This document shows positions 1-9,300 of a stretch of DNA of 64,000 nucleotides, piece after piece. Below the pieces are notes generated by a model. The model was not told the origin of the DNA. It did no database searches and was given only the letters and a program-made list of their open reading frames with translations. The DNA comes from a virus, in the IMG/VR virus record IMGVR_UViG_3300017782_000002, positions 55,817 through 119,816 of that record; one strand, 5' to 3'. Both the position numbers and the translations under genes were made by a program. The first letter of the stretch is position 1; every line of letters begins with the position of its first letter.

Positions 1-1275
1 ATGGACCCTACTTCTTTAAATTATAATCCTTGTGCTAATGTTGCATGTAGTAGCTGCTGTTGTTCAGTAGCAGGATGTATGGATGCAACAGCTGATAATT
101 ATAATGCTTCAGCTTGTTTAGATGATGGTTCTTGTGAATACACAGGATGTATGGATACTGCTGCTAGTAATTACAACTCTAGTGCAAACGTAGCATGTAG
201 TAGTTGTTGTACATACCCTGGTTGTACAAATGCAACAGCGTTAAACTATGATCCAAATGCTAATGTAGATGACGGATCATGTATATTACCTGTGTATGGT
301 TGTATGGATTCAACTGCTTTAAACTATAATGCAGCTGCAAACGTAGATGATGGTTCATGTACTTACTGTGTGTATGGATGTATGGATGCTACAGCGTCTA
401 ACTACAACTCTTTAGCTACATGTACTGACGGAAGCTGTACTTATCCAATTCAAGGATGTACTGACGCTAGTGCTTGTAATTATGATCCTCTTGCAACACA
501 AGATGACGGTTCTTGTTTAACAGTTCCTACAATGGATCTTGGTTCTACAAACTTTGGTATTAATACTCCTAACTTATTACAACAAGATGGTAGTGGTGTT
601 AGTGGTCTTGGTTGTGCAACTTACTATATGCAAGCTTATCCTTATGAAGTAGGTGAGCCATTCTATGGTGGACACGTTACAAAAAATATTTCTGGTAGTT
701 TTGTTTTAGGTGGTACAGGTAATCATGTAGGAAATGTATGGACAGAATCTTATTTCTTTGAATTAGGTACTGATGCTGCAAATGGTAATCCTCCATTAAC
801 TATAGGTAATCAATATTGTATAACATGGGCTGAGATTGTAATGGCTTTAAGATCTAGTGGTCAATGTTCTGATTGTTTAATGGGAGGTTGGGGTGTTAGA
901 ATAGATCAAGGTACAGGTACTCCTACTACAGCTGATCTTAATAGTGCAACTAATTTATATGATCCTGTAGCTCTTGGTACTTTAAGTACAGCTAATGCTT
1001 TAATTCATAACTCTGCATGTCAAACAAACGATGTTGGAAATGCTAATGGTGTTAACTCACCAGGTGCTCCAAATGGAAGTCACTCTAATTGGGTTGACAA
1101 ATGTATTACGTTTACAGCTACTGCATCACAACACAGAATACACATGTATGTAATTACTGATTATAACCAATGTACTTCTTGTACTTCACATTCTGGATCT
1201 AGTGTCCACGGATCATACATGGGTATATCAAAAGTACAGATAAGTACAAGCTGTAGTGGTAGTTGTAATTGCTAG
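1..1275 (+). CDS. Cys-rich repeat protein, probably 5'-truncated; virion decoration/fibre-like
   Basis: About 6-7 copies of GC[MT]DxxAxNYxxxAxxDDGSC in the N-terminal part, then a ~245-aa non-repeat domain. The ORF starts at base 1, so it likely continues upstream. Confidence 0.7.
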   Translation: MDPTSLNYNPCANVACSSCCCSVAGCMDATADNYNASACLDDGSCEYTGCMDTAASNYNSSANVACSSCCTYPGCTNATALNYDPNANVDDGSCILPVYGCMDSTALNYNAAANVDDGSCTYCVYGCMDATASNYNSLATCTDGSCTYPIQGCTDASACNYDPLATQDDGSCLTVPTMDLGSTNFGINTPNLLQQDGSGVSGLGCATYYMQAYPYEVGEPFYGGHVTKNISGSFVLGGTGNHVGNVWTESYFFELGTDAANGNPPLTIGNQYCITWAEIVMALRSSGQCSDCLMGGWGVRIDQGTGTPTTADLNSATNLYDPVALGTLSTANALIHNSACQTNDVGNANGVNSPGAPNGSHSNWVDKCITFTATASQHRIHMYVITDYNQCTSCTSHSGSSVHGSYMGISKVQISTSCSGSCNC

Positions 1276-1302
1276 GTAAATGTTTGCTTATAAGATGAAT
1301 AA

Positions 1303-1314
1303 TTTGTATATTAT
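1303..1314 (+). promoter_or_regulatory. Putative phage late promoter, TTTGTATATTAT
   Basis: Intergenic motif about 25 nt before ATG 1340; the same or near-identical motif recurs at 4275, 17907 and 50824. Confidence 0.5.
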
Positions 1315-1339
1315 TATATACTAGTAAAGAAAATTAACT

Positions 1340-2386
1340 ATGGCTTTTGAAAGTTCAGATAAATCAGGTTTAAATAACGGGCGTACAGCACGTTTAGATA
1401 TTAGCAATATTAACCAAGGTGGTCTTAAAGGTGAAAGAGCTGCTACTGATGAACAGTTATTGCAATTGATTATTGATAATCTTGCAGGAGCACAAGTACC
1501 AGCAGGAACACAAGACTTAAATAATGATGGTAAAATTGATGTTAATGATTTGATATTCAGTGTTTCAGAAGCTTACAAAAGATATGCAAAAACACAATCT
1601 GATAAAGTTACATTACCTAACTTAATAGATTCTCTTACAAAAGGTATAGCTGTTTTACATACAGATTTAAGCATACAGAAAAAAATATCACAAGGTTTAG
1701 AAGCACAATTATTAGAGCAAAAGAAAAAAGCTGTTGGTGAAGCTAATCCAAGAATATACTCTAGTGGTACAGTAGAACAAAATAAACTGCATCCTATAGA
1801 AAAAATAGTACAAGCTACTGAAGCAAAGGTTGTAAGTACTGAAAAATTAGTAGGAACAACTACAGATATAGCAAAAAGTATTAGTGCACAAATAACAGAT
1901 TTACATAAACCATTAACAGAATATGCAGGACCTGTAGTTCATGGTGCTAACAATTTAGCAGATACTATAAAAAATATGTGGACAGTTATTGGTGATCTTA
2001 GAAACACAGTTACTATATTACTAGAAGAAACAAGTAACACACTTAAAGTTGGAAGAATGGGAGATATATATACTTTCTTTTTAAGTAGAAATACTTGTGA
2101 AAATCTAATAGCAAATGCACAATCAATAGATGGTGCAGGAGGAAATGCAAGAGATTTATGGAATGAAACTGGAGCTTTATATGATCCTAGTGTACCGGCA
2201 TTCACAAGTAACGTACCTTCAGTTTCATCTGAATGTTTAAATGGAGCTTGGTATTGTGTAACGGGAAGTAAAGGTGGAAACACTCTAGCTCAATATAGCA
2301 GGACTGCACCATTTTGGAAAAATATTGGTTCAGTTTGTCCAGCACCTAAGAAAACATACAGTGACCCAAGTAGTTTAGAAGTATAA
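1340..2386 (+). CDS. Hypothetical structural protein with a dockerin/EF-hand-like Ca-binding loop and coiled coil
   Basis: DLNNDGKIDVND at 1514-1549 fits DxNxDGxIDxxD; the central region is helical and heptad-like. Confidence 0.5.
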   Translation: MAFESSDKSGLNNGRTARLDISNINQGGLKGERAATDEQLLQLIIDNLAGAQVPAGTQDLNNDGKIDVNDLIFSVSEAYKRYAKTQSDKVTLPNLIDSLTKGIAVLHTDLSIQKKISQGLEAQLLEQKKKAVGEANPRIYSSGTVEQNKLHPIEKIVQATEAKVVSTEKLVGTTTDIAKSISAQITDLHKPLTEYAGPVVHGANNLADTIKNMWTVIGDLRNTVTILLEETSNTLKVGRMGDIYTFFLSRNTCENLIANAQSIDGAGGNARDLWNETGALYDPSVPAFTSNVPSVSSECLNGAWYCVTGSKGGNTLAQYSRTAPFWKNIGSVCPAPKKTYSDPSSLEV

Positions 2387-2399
2387 AAAAATAAAAAAA

Positions 2400-2936
2400 A
2401 TGAGCAATTGTACAGACAATCCATGTGATAAATTACCTTGCGGGTGTGATCAAACAGCTTACACACATACGTGTGAGTTATCAAACTGTAACACACCTAT
2501 TGAAAGATGTGAAGAATTACTATGCTCAAATTGTGTTTCTCATTGTTATGATAAATTTAGCTATACTGTAAATGGTGCTAATGATATTATAGTAGAAAAT
2601 GGAGAAAGATTATTATCAACACTACAAAGAATGATTATATCAACTGCAGGTGGAGATTGTTTTACAAAAGCAGCAGTTGGTGTAAGAACTTCTGGTATAA
2701 CTGCTACAAGTATATTTGTTACATGGACTGCACCGCAAACACCAGCAGCTCCTACTTATACTGTTCAGTATAGAGTAGCAGGTACTGCAACATGGACAGA
2801 TGCTGTTACAGGTTTATCTGCAACAACATTTAGTTATAACATAGCTTGTTTAACTGCAGCAACTGCTTATGAATTAAGAATAATAGCATCAGATGCAAAT
2901 TGTCCTTCTGTGACTATTTATGCATCAACATTATAA
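2400..2936 (+). CDS. Cys-rich N-terminus plus C-terminal fibronectin type III-like domain
   Basis: ITATSIFVTWTAP...YTVQYRVAG...W...YNIACLTAATAYELRIIA matches the FN3 pattern (W, Y, L-x-x-x-T-x-Y). Confidence 0.7.
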   Translation: MSNCTDNPCDKLPCGCDQTAYTHTCELSNCNTPIERCEELLCSNCVSHCYDKFSYTVNGANDIIVENGERLLSTLQRMIISTAGGDCFTKAAVGVRTSGITATSIFVTWTAPQTPAAPTYTVQYRVAGTATWTDAVTGLSATTFSYNIACLTAATAYELRIIASDANCPSVTIYASTL

Positions 2937-2984
2937 AGAGACAAGAAAGTGAAGGTTTATTGGTTTTCCAACACTTAATTGTAT

Positions 2985-3020
2985 GAGGCCTGGGGTTAAC
3001 ACCGGGCCTCTTTCTTTTTT
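2985..3020 (+). terminator. Rho-independent terminator
   Basis: GAGGCCTGG (2985-2993) pairs with CCGGGCCTC (3002-3010) with one G-U pair and an 8-nt loop, followed by TTTCTTTTTT. Confidence 0.85.
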
Positions 3021-3045
3021 GTGAATAAATTTTTTTGTATCTTTG
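3018..3045 (+). promoter_or_regulatory. Bacteroidota sigma-A-type promoter (-7 element TATCTTTG)
   Basis: TAnnTTTG at 3038-3045 with TTTG at 3018-3021; the 16-nt spacer is shorter than canonical. Lies 28 nt before ATG 3073. Confidence 0.55.
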
Positions 3046-3072
3046 CTTCATATTAACTAAATAAAATTATAA

Positions 3073-4254
3073 ATGGATTCATTATTTGACAAGATTAAGG
3101 CATCATTCAAATGGAAAAAAACATCAGACTATTGTGCAGAAAAATTAGATTTAACAATAGAAGACTATGACAAACTAAAAGACATAGTAAAAGGACAAGA
3201 TCTCCTAGAAAACTCATCAACATCATATGAGTATAATTTAGAAAAAGGTGAAGCAAAAATGGAAACAATAAGTGCTTCAGAACCTAAATCACCAGAAGAA
3301 ATAATTGATATATTAAACATTGATACAACACAATGGAAACTATCTAGTTATTGGAATAAACAAATGGGAGATCATTGGAGAGTTTCTGCAATGGTTACAA
3401 GGCTAAAAGATAATGAGGTAGATAATGTAGCTGAGTTATTAAAAGGTTTTAAACCAAAAAAACATAATCTAGTTAAAAGAATAAAAACTCCAGGTAAAGT
3501 AAAGACAGCTGGAGTTTTGTCATTACAAGACATACACTTTGGTAAAGAAGGTAATGAAACTATAGACCAAGATTTTGAAGAAACAATAATTGATTTAGCA
3601 AATAGAGCTACAAGAGCTCATCATCTTGAAAAGCTGTATTACGTCATAGGAGGAGATCTAATCAACATGGATACCTGGAATGGTAGTACCACTAGTGGAA
3701 CACCTTTAGACAACTGCTCAACAGCTACAGAAGCTTATATGCAAGCTTTTGATGCTATACAATGGAGTATAAATTATTTAAAACAATTCTGTGATGAATT
3801 ACAAATTGTATATATACCAGGCAATCATGATAGGTTATCTTCTTTTCATTTAGCACATGCTTTATCTAAATGTTTTAAAGACAAAAAGATTATATGGGAT
3901 GTAGTATATCTAGAAAGAAAAGTATATACCTATAAAGATAACTTTTTTGCATTTGAACATGGAGATGTAAATACTAAAAACTCATTGTTATTATATTCTA
4001 TGGAATACCCAAAACAATGGGGTAAGACTTTATATAGAACATTATATACAGGACATTACCATCACAAGAAAAAAATAGAATATATTACTGAGCATGAGCG
4101 TACTGGCTTTATGCTAAAGATATTACCAAGTTTATCACGTACAGATTATTATCATTACCATAATAAATTTGTAGGATCAAGAAGATCTGGTGTATTGTCT
4201 ATACATGATCCAAACAAAGGTGAAATTTGTGAACTAACATATTCACCCAATTAA
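3073..4254 (+). CDS. Calcineurin-like metallophosphoesterase
   Basis: Motifs in the expected order: LQDIHFG, GGDLIN, GNHD, FEHGD, GHYH. Confidence 0.88.
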   Translation: MDSLFDKIKASFKWKKTSDYCAEKLDLTIEDYDKLKDIVKGQDLLENSSTSYEYNLEKGEAKMETISASEPKSPEEIIDILNIDTTQWKLSSYWNKQMGDHWRVSAMVTRLKDNEVDNVAELLKGFKPKKHNLVKRIKTPGKVKTAGVLSLQDIHFGKEGNETIDQDFEETIIDLANRATRAHHLEKLYYVIGGDLINMDTWNGSTTSGTPLDNCSTATEAYMQAFDAIQWSINYLKQFCDELQIVYIPGNHDRLSSFHLAHALSKCFKDKKIIWDVVYLERKVYTYKDNFFAFEHGDVNTKNSLLLYSMEYPKQWGKTLYRTLYTGHYHHKKKIEYITEHERTGFMLKILPSLSRTDYYHYHNKFVGSRRSGVLSIHDPNKGEICELTYSPN

Positions 4255-4274
4255 CTTGAATAACTCCTCTTTTT

Positions 4275-4286
4275 TTTGTAAATTAT
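4275..4286 (+). promoter_or_regulatory. Putative phage late promoter, TTTGTAAATTAT
   Basis: One-mismatch copy of the recurring motif, 12 nt before ATG 4299 at the head of the tail/cargo operon. Confidence 0.45.
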
Positions 4287-4298
4287 AATGTATGTAAT

Positions 4299-4823
4299 AT
4301 GATAAGTAACTTTAAAGGACCAGATTTAAATAAACCTAGATATAAAGAAAAGGTTTTGAATCTATTAAACACAGATACATTAACAAGATTTAAAGATAAA
4401 AACCCAATGTATTCAAGTGTAGATAATGTTAAACTAAAAAAAGTTATACAAAAGTTTAACTCTAAAATTTGGGAAACTGTTATAAACAACAGAAACGGAG
4501 TTGAATTACCTGAATCTTTAGGTTACTTATTTATAGGAAGTTGTCCTGCTGCAAAGAAAATAAATGTTGACTATGCCCTATCTAAACAATATGGAAAGTT
4601 AATACAAAACAAAAACTGGGATACAGATGGTAATGTAGGAAAAATATTCTACACAAATTATTCTCCCAAGTATAAGTTTAAGACTAGAGAGTTATGGCAG
4701 TTTACAGCAGTAAGACAATTTAAAAGAGCAGTAGCAAAGTTTTATCCAAAAAATTGGAAAAAGTTTGTTACTATGAAAACAAAGATCAGGGTTACTGATA
4801 TGTATAAAAACAAAAAGAAGTAA
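4299..4823 (+). CDS. HU/IHF-like DNA-binding protein
   Basis: Very basic; helical N-part followed by GVELPESLGYLFI, resembling the HU/IHF V-x-L-x-x-F-G-x-F strand. IHF-like genes precede tail genes in crAss-like phages. Confidence 0.6.
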   Translation: MISNFKGPDLNKPRYKEKVLNLLNTDTLTRFKDKNPMYSSVDNVKLKKVIQKFNSKIWETVINNRNGVELPESLGYLFIGSCPAAKKINVDYALSKQYGKLIQNKNWDTDGNVGKIFYTNYSPKYKFKTRELWQFTAVRQFKRAVAKFYPKNWKKFVTMKTKIRVTDMYKNKKK

Positions 4824-4824
4824 T

Positions 4825-5499
4825 ATGACAACAATAGGTGAAGCAATATCAAGACTCAGAGGAGCTCTTAAAGCAACCTCACAAGATGCGTTTGTTACAG
4901 ATAGATACCTTTATAGTCTTATATTGAAATACGCTCAGCTATTAATGAGAAGGCAAGATCACTCTAACAAACTTATGAAGTTTAGCGCAGTATGGCAAAC
5001 TTTACCTCATGTAGAATTAGTAGAAGTAGATAAGTTAGAAGCAGGTTGTGTAGGTATTTCTTCAGGACAAACTATAAAAAAGAGCAAGCATAAGTTACCA
5101 ACATTCATGCAAGGTTATTGGGGCCCTTTAGTTAGAACTGTATCATCATTAGATGGTTCTACTGAAATACAACCAACAACTCCTGGCTCATACGTTTCTA
5201 TGTCTAAAACAACTACATTTAAATATAATAACACTAAGTACTATTGGTTTTTAGATGGTTATTTGTATTTTCCAAATATAGAGTGGGATGCTGTTAAATT
5301 AGAAGGTGTGTTTGAAGCAGACATATCTTCTTGGACATGTGATACAGAAGATGACTGTACTCCAAGGTATTTACAAAATATGTATATACCAGAATTTTTA
5401 TTTGCAGAAATAGAAAATCAAATTTTAAACATACAGTTTAATACATTAAAAGTTACACCAGAAGACTCTCATAATAAAATAAATATAAATAGACAATAA
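4825..5499 (+). CDS. Putative tail ring/tubular (head-tail connector) protein
   Basis: Synteny (IHF-like, then ring proteins, then muzzle) and size; motif YWFLDGYLYFPN. Confidence 0.55.
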   Translation: MTTIGEAISRLRGALKATSQDAFVTDRYLYSLILKYAQLLMRRQDHSNKLMKFSAVWQTLPHVELVEVDKLEAGCVGISSGQTIKKSKHKLPTFMQGYWGPLVRTVSSLDGSTEIQPTTPGSYVSMSKTTTFKYNNTKYYWFLDGYLYFPNIEWDAVKLEGVFEADISSWTCDTEDDCTPRYLQNMYIPEFLFAEIENQILNIQFNTLKVTPEDSHNKININRQ

Positions 5500-6386
5500 T
5501 GGCAGTATCACACAAATATAGAACCTTTAATCAGTTGCTAGAAGATGTTACTGTTGATTTTAGAACTTACGCATTAGAAGGTATGATAGAACCTCAACAG
5601 TTAATTAAAGTTGCTGTAAGGGTTAATTATGATTTAGGTCTTAGAATACAAAGAACAAAAAATGCAATAATTGATATAGAAAACAGTAAAGGTAAATTAC
5701 CTTCTGATTTTAATGTATTAAATTATGGATCACTTTGTGGTACATATCAAGTAAAGACAACACAACCTAGCGGTACAAACACTGAAGAAGTTATAAAAGG
5801 AACATACAAGCCAGAACCAGGATACAGTGGTCCATGTGATGATCCTGCTGCTAATTGTACTAACGTTTGTGTAGTTAAAAAGGATTGCGATGACAATGAA
5901 CTAATGTTAGTACAAAAGATTAGCCCAGATAGTTATAGAGAATATAGTTATATGATACCTATAAATATTGTGGATAATCAAGGAGATAGTTGTAATGAAT
6001 GTCCTATATATAAAGGAGCAGATGATGTTGAAATTAGAGATGGTTTTTTTATAACTAATTTTAAATCTGGTAAAATATATATAAGTTATCAAGGGGCAAT
6101 GGAAGATGACAATGGAGAACTTCTAGTTTTAGATCATCCTTATTGTAATGAGTATTATGAATATGCATTAAAAGAAAGGATATTAGAAAACATGATGTTT
6201 GCTGGAGAGAATGTAGTGAATCAATTATCATTTATGCAACAAAAACTTAGAGCTGCTAGAAACAATGCTTTGACGTTTGTAAACACTCCAGACTTTGCAC
6301 AATTAAAGAAATTATGGGAAAAGAACAGAAAAGCTCAATACCATAATTACTATAACATGTTTAAGAGTGTAGCTACAAACGGATAG
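5499..6386 (+). CDS. Putative tail tubular/ring protein
   Basis: TAATG-coupled to the previous gene and directly upstream of the muzzle-like gene; IRDGFFITNFKSGKIYISY...LVLD...YYEY pattern. Confidence 0.6.
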   Translation: MAVSHKYRTFNQLLEDVTVDFRTYALEGMIEPQQLIKVAVRVNYDLGLRIQRTKNAIIDIENSKGKLPSDFNVLNYGSLCGTYQVKTTQPSGTNTEEVIKGTYKPEPGYSGPCDDPAANCTNVCVVKKDCDDNELMLVQKISPDSYREYSYMIPINIVDNQGDSCNECPIYKGADDVEIRDGFFITNFKSGKIYISYQGAMEDDNGELLVLDHPYCNEYYEYALKERILENMMFAGENVVNQLSFMQQKLRAARNNALTFVNTPDFAQLKKLWEKNRKAQYHNYYNMFKSVATNG

Positions 6387-6389
6387 AAA

Positions 6390-9300
6390 ATGGCAAAGAA
6401 GAAAAAACAACAGCAACAACCAAAACCTAAAAGTACTTCTAGTGTTTTTACAAATACTCCTATGAAGGGTATGATTAAAGACACACATGATGGCTACCTT
6501 AATAAAGATAATTGGTCACATGCTAGAAATGCTATAAATAATTCTGTTGATGGTGATACTGGAGTTATAGGTAATGAGCCTGCAAACATACTGTGTGCTA
6601 ACATACCTTATACTGTTATAGGTGGAATACATCTTTATGGTGATAAATGGATAATTTACTCAACAGATAATGAAGGTACATTAAATGATAAGTCTTCTGA
6701 GATAGGAGAGTTTGATGACAGCACATGTACATATAATACATTAATAAATGATTCTTGTTTAAACTTTCACAAAGACCATTTAGTTATAGGTGTTGCAAAA
6801 GAAAATTTTGATTGTTCATGGCAAGTATATTGGGATGATGGTAACAATCCTTCAAGAACTATTAATTTAAGTGATATACCTTTTAAGAAAGAAATAGCAC
6901 CATCAAGTACACCTGCATGTACTATATATCAAAATATTACACCATTACAACTTGACTGTGAAAAAATTAGATTAGCTCCATTATTAGATACACCAAATTT
7001 AGAACTAACAAAAGCTAGTGAGGGAGGACAACTACCTAACGGTATGTATCAAGTTTTTATTGCATACTCAATCAATGATCAAATAATAGGTGATTACTTG
7101 GGTGCATCTAACATGCAATCATTATGGTCTCATGAAAATAATCAGGGTTCTTTAAATCTAAAAATATCTGGAGTAGATAAAGAGTTTGAATGGATGCAAG
7201 TTGTAGTTAGAACAAGAGTACACAACGGTTTTACATCATATGTTTTAGGTTATTATAGTACTGAAACTACAAATCTTAACATTGATTATTTAGATCCTGA
7301 TCTTACAAAAGTCAAATCATCAAGATTACTTTTAAGAAATCCTGCATATGAAAAATCATCAGGAATGTTTGAAGTAAATGATTATTTAATTAGAGCACAA
7401 CCTACAGAACAATTTGATTTTAATTATCAACCTCTTGCAAATAATATAAAAACAGAATGGGTTTCTGCTACTTACCCAGCAGAATACTATAGAGAAGGAG
7501 GAAACAAGCCTACATTTCTAAGAGATGAAGTATACACATTCTTTATAAGATTTATATACAACACAGGAGAAAAATCAAAATCATACCATATACCAGGAAG
7601 ATCTGCAACAGGAAATGAAGTTTCTTTAGATTTAACAGCTAACTCATGGGATGGTGTAGCTCTTCAATACAAAACACAAAACACTGCAACATTTACAGCA
7701 ACTACAAATGTAGTTTTACCTGACGGAGGAATTATACAATCCTACGGTGATATGGCATATTGGGAATCTGGTGAAAAATATCCAGCTACTGATCCTATAA
7801 GGTACAATAATGGAAGTATGGATTTATGTGGTATGCCTATTAGACATCACAAGATGCCTGATGAAAATACACACGTTACAACTAGACTGTCAACAAATGG
7901 TGCAGGAGGTACAGGTTCTACACATATACAAATAATAGGTGCTCAATTTTCTAATATTGCTGCACCGTTAGATAATAGTGGAAATGTAATACCTAATATT
8001 GTAGGATATGAAGTATTAGTTGGTAATAGAGACGGTAACAAATCTATTATTGCAAAAGGTATTATAAGGAATATGATGTCATACGAAAGGTATGAACATA
8101 AAAGAAGTTTACAAGCAGGGGCAGGTACAAACTATTACAGTCCTCTTGGTGATATACAAAATAGCCCAACATCATTTAATGGTGGTGGACCAATTGCTGC
8201 TGCAAATGCAGATATTGCTGCAGCTACTCCTAATGCTTTAGGTGAAACAGATATACAATATGGATTGATGGCAAACTATCCATATAATGATATGGGTATT
8301 GACCCTTATCTAATATACAGAGGTAATGGTGACGTGCGTGTAGAAGAAGCTCCTTGGTTAAGTGGTATATTTGGAACAGAACCTATAGAGAGTAATTGGA
8401 TAACAGGAACAGGATCTTTATTAAAGCCTACACAAGATAACAGTATACACATGACTCAAGATAACAGAGGTATGGCTGAGTTTACTTTTGATCATCACAC
8501 ATTCCATTCTCCAGATCTTAACTTTACACACATGTATCTTGCTCCATCTGAGATGGTAGTATATAAAACTTTAATTGGAAAAGCAGAAGGTAACTTTAGA
8601 AAATCTGAAAAACATCCAGGAGCAAAACTATTAAAAAACAAAGCTGTATTAATAGCAGCTATTATTGGAGTTGGTTATGCACTTAACCACATGAGAGGTA
8701 AAAGGAATGTTAAAATAAATACAGCTAGATCACAATCAACAGGGGAAACAATGGCAGTAGGGTCAGGTATGACACCTATGCCAGGTACCGGTACAGCTGC
8801 AGCAGCAGTAAACGTATTATTAAATTTACCAGGAGTTGTTGTTGGTGCTGTAGCAGATATGGCATTTAATACTGTTGTGGATGTAGCTTCTGTATTTGGT
8901 GCTGGTAAATTAGCAAGACAGATTGGTACTCCTATATACCAAATGATTGAGACTGGTACAACAGGACTTATGGCTGGTCATATTGGTCCTAATAAAACTA
9001 TTGAATATGTAGGTAGTGATTTTACAAGTGTGCCTACATTATTTTCAATGATCACGGGTGTACTAACATTCCTTAACTATGTAGCTATAGGAGGAGATAA
9101 GATTATAGATCTTATTCTTAAAATGGTGAACTATCAAGACTATGCTTATAAATATAATAGTCATGGTTTTTATAGTACTTATGTACCTTTTGCAGAAGGT
9201 AACTGTAACAACGCTTGGACAGGGTCAACATGTACAGCTGTATATAGACATCAAATGAAATCTGCAAGATACATAAAACCAGGTCTTCAATTTATGGGAG

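Noticed and set aside
2937-2984. Small TTGG-TTTT-CCAA hairpin before the terminator
   Set aside because: The 4-bp stem is too weak to call as a separate RNA element.
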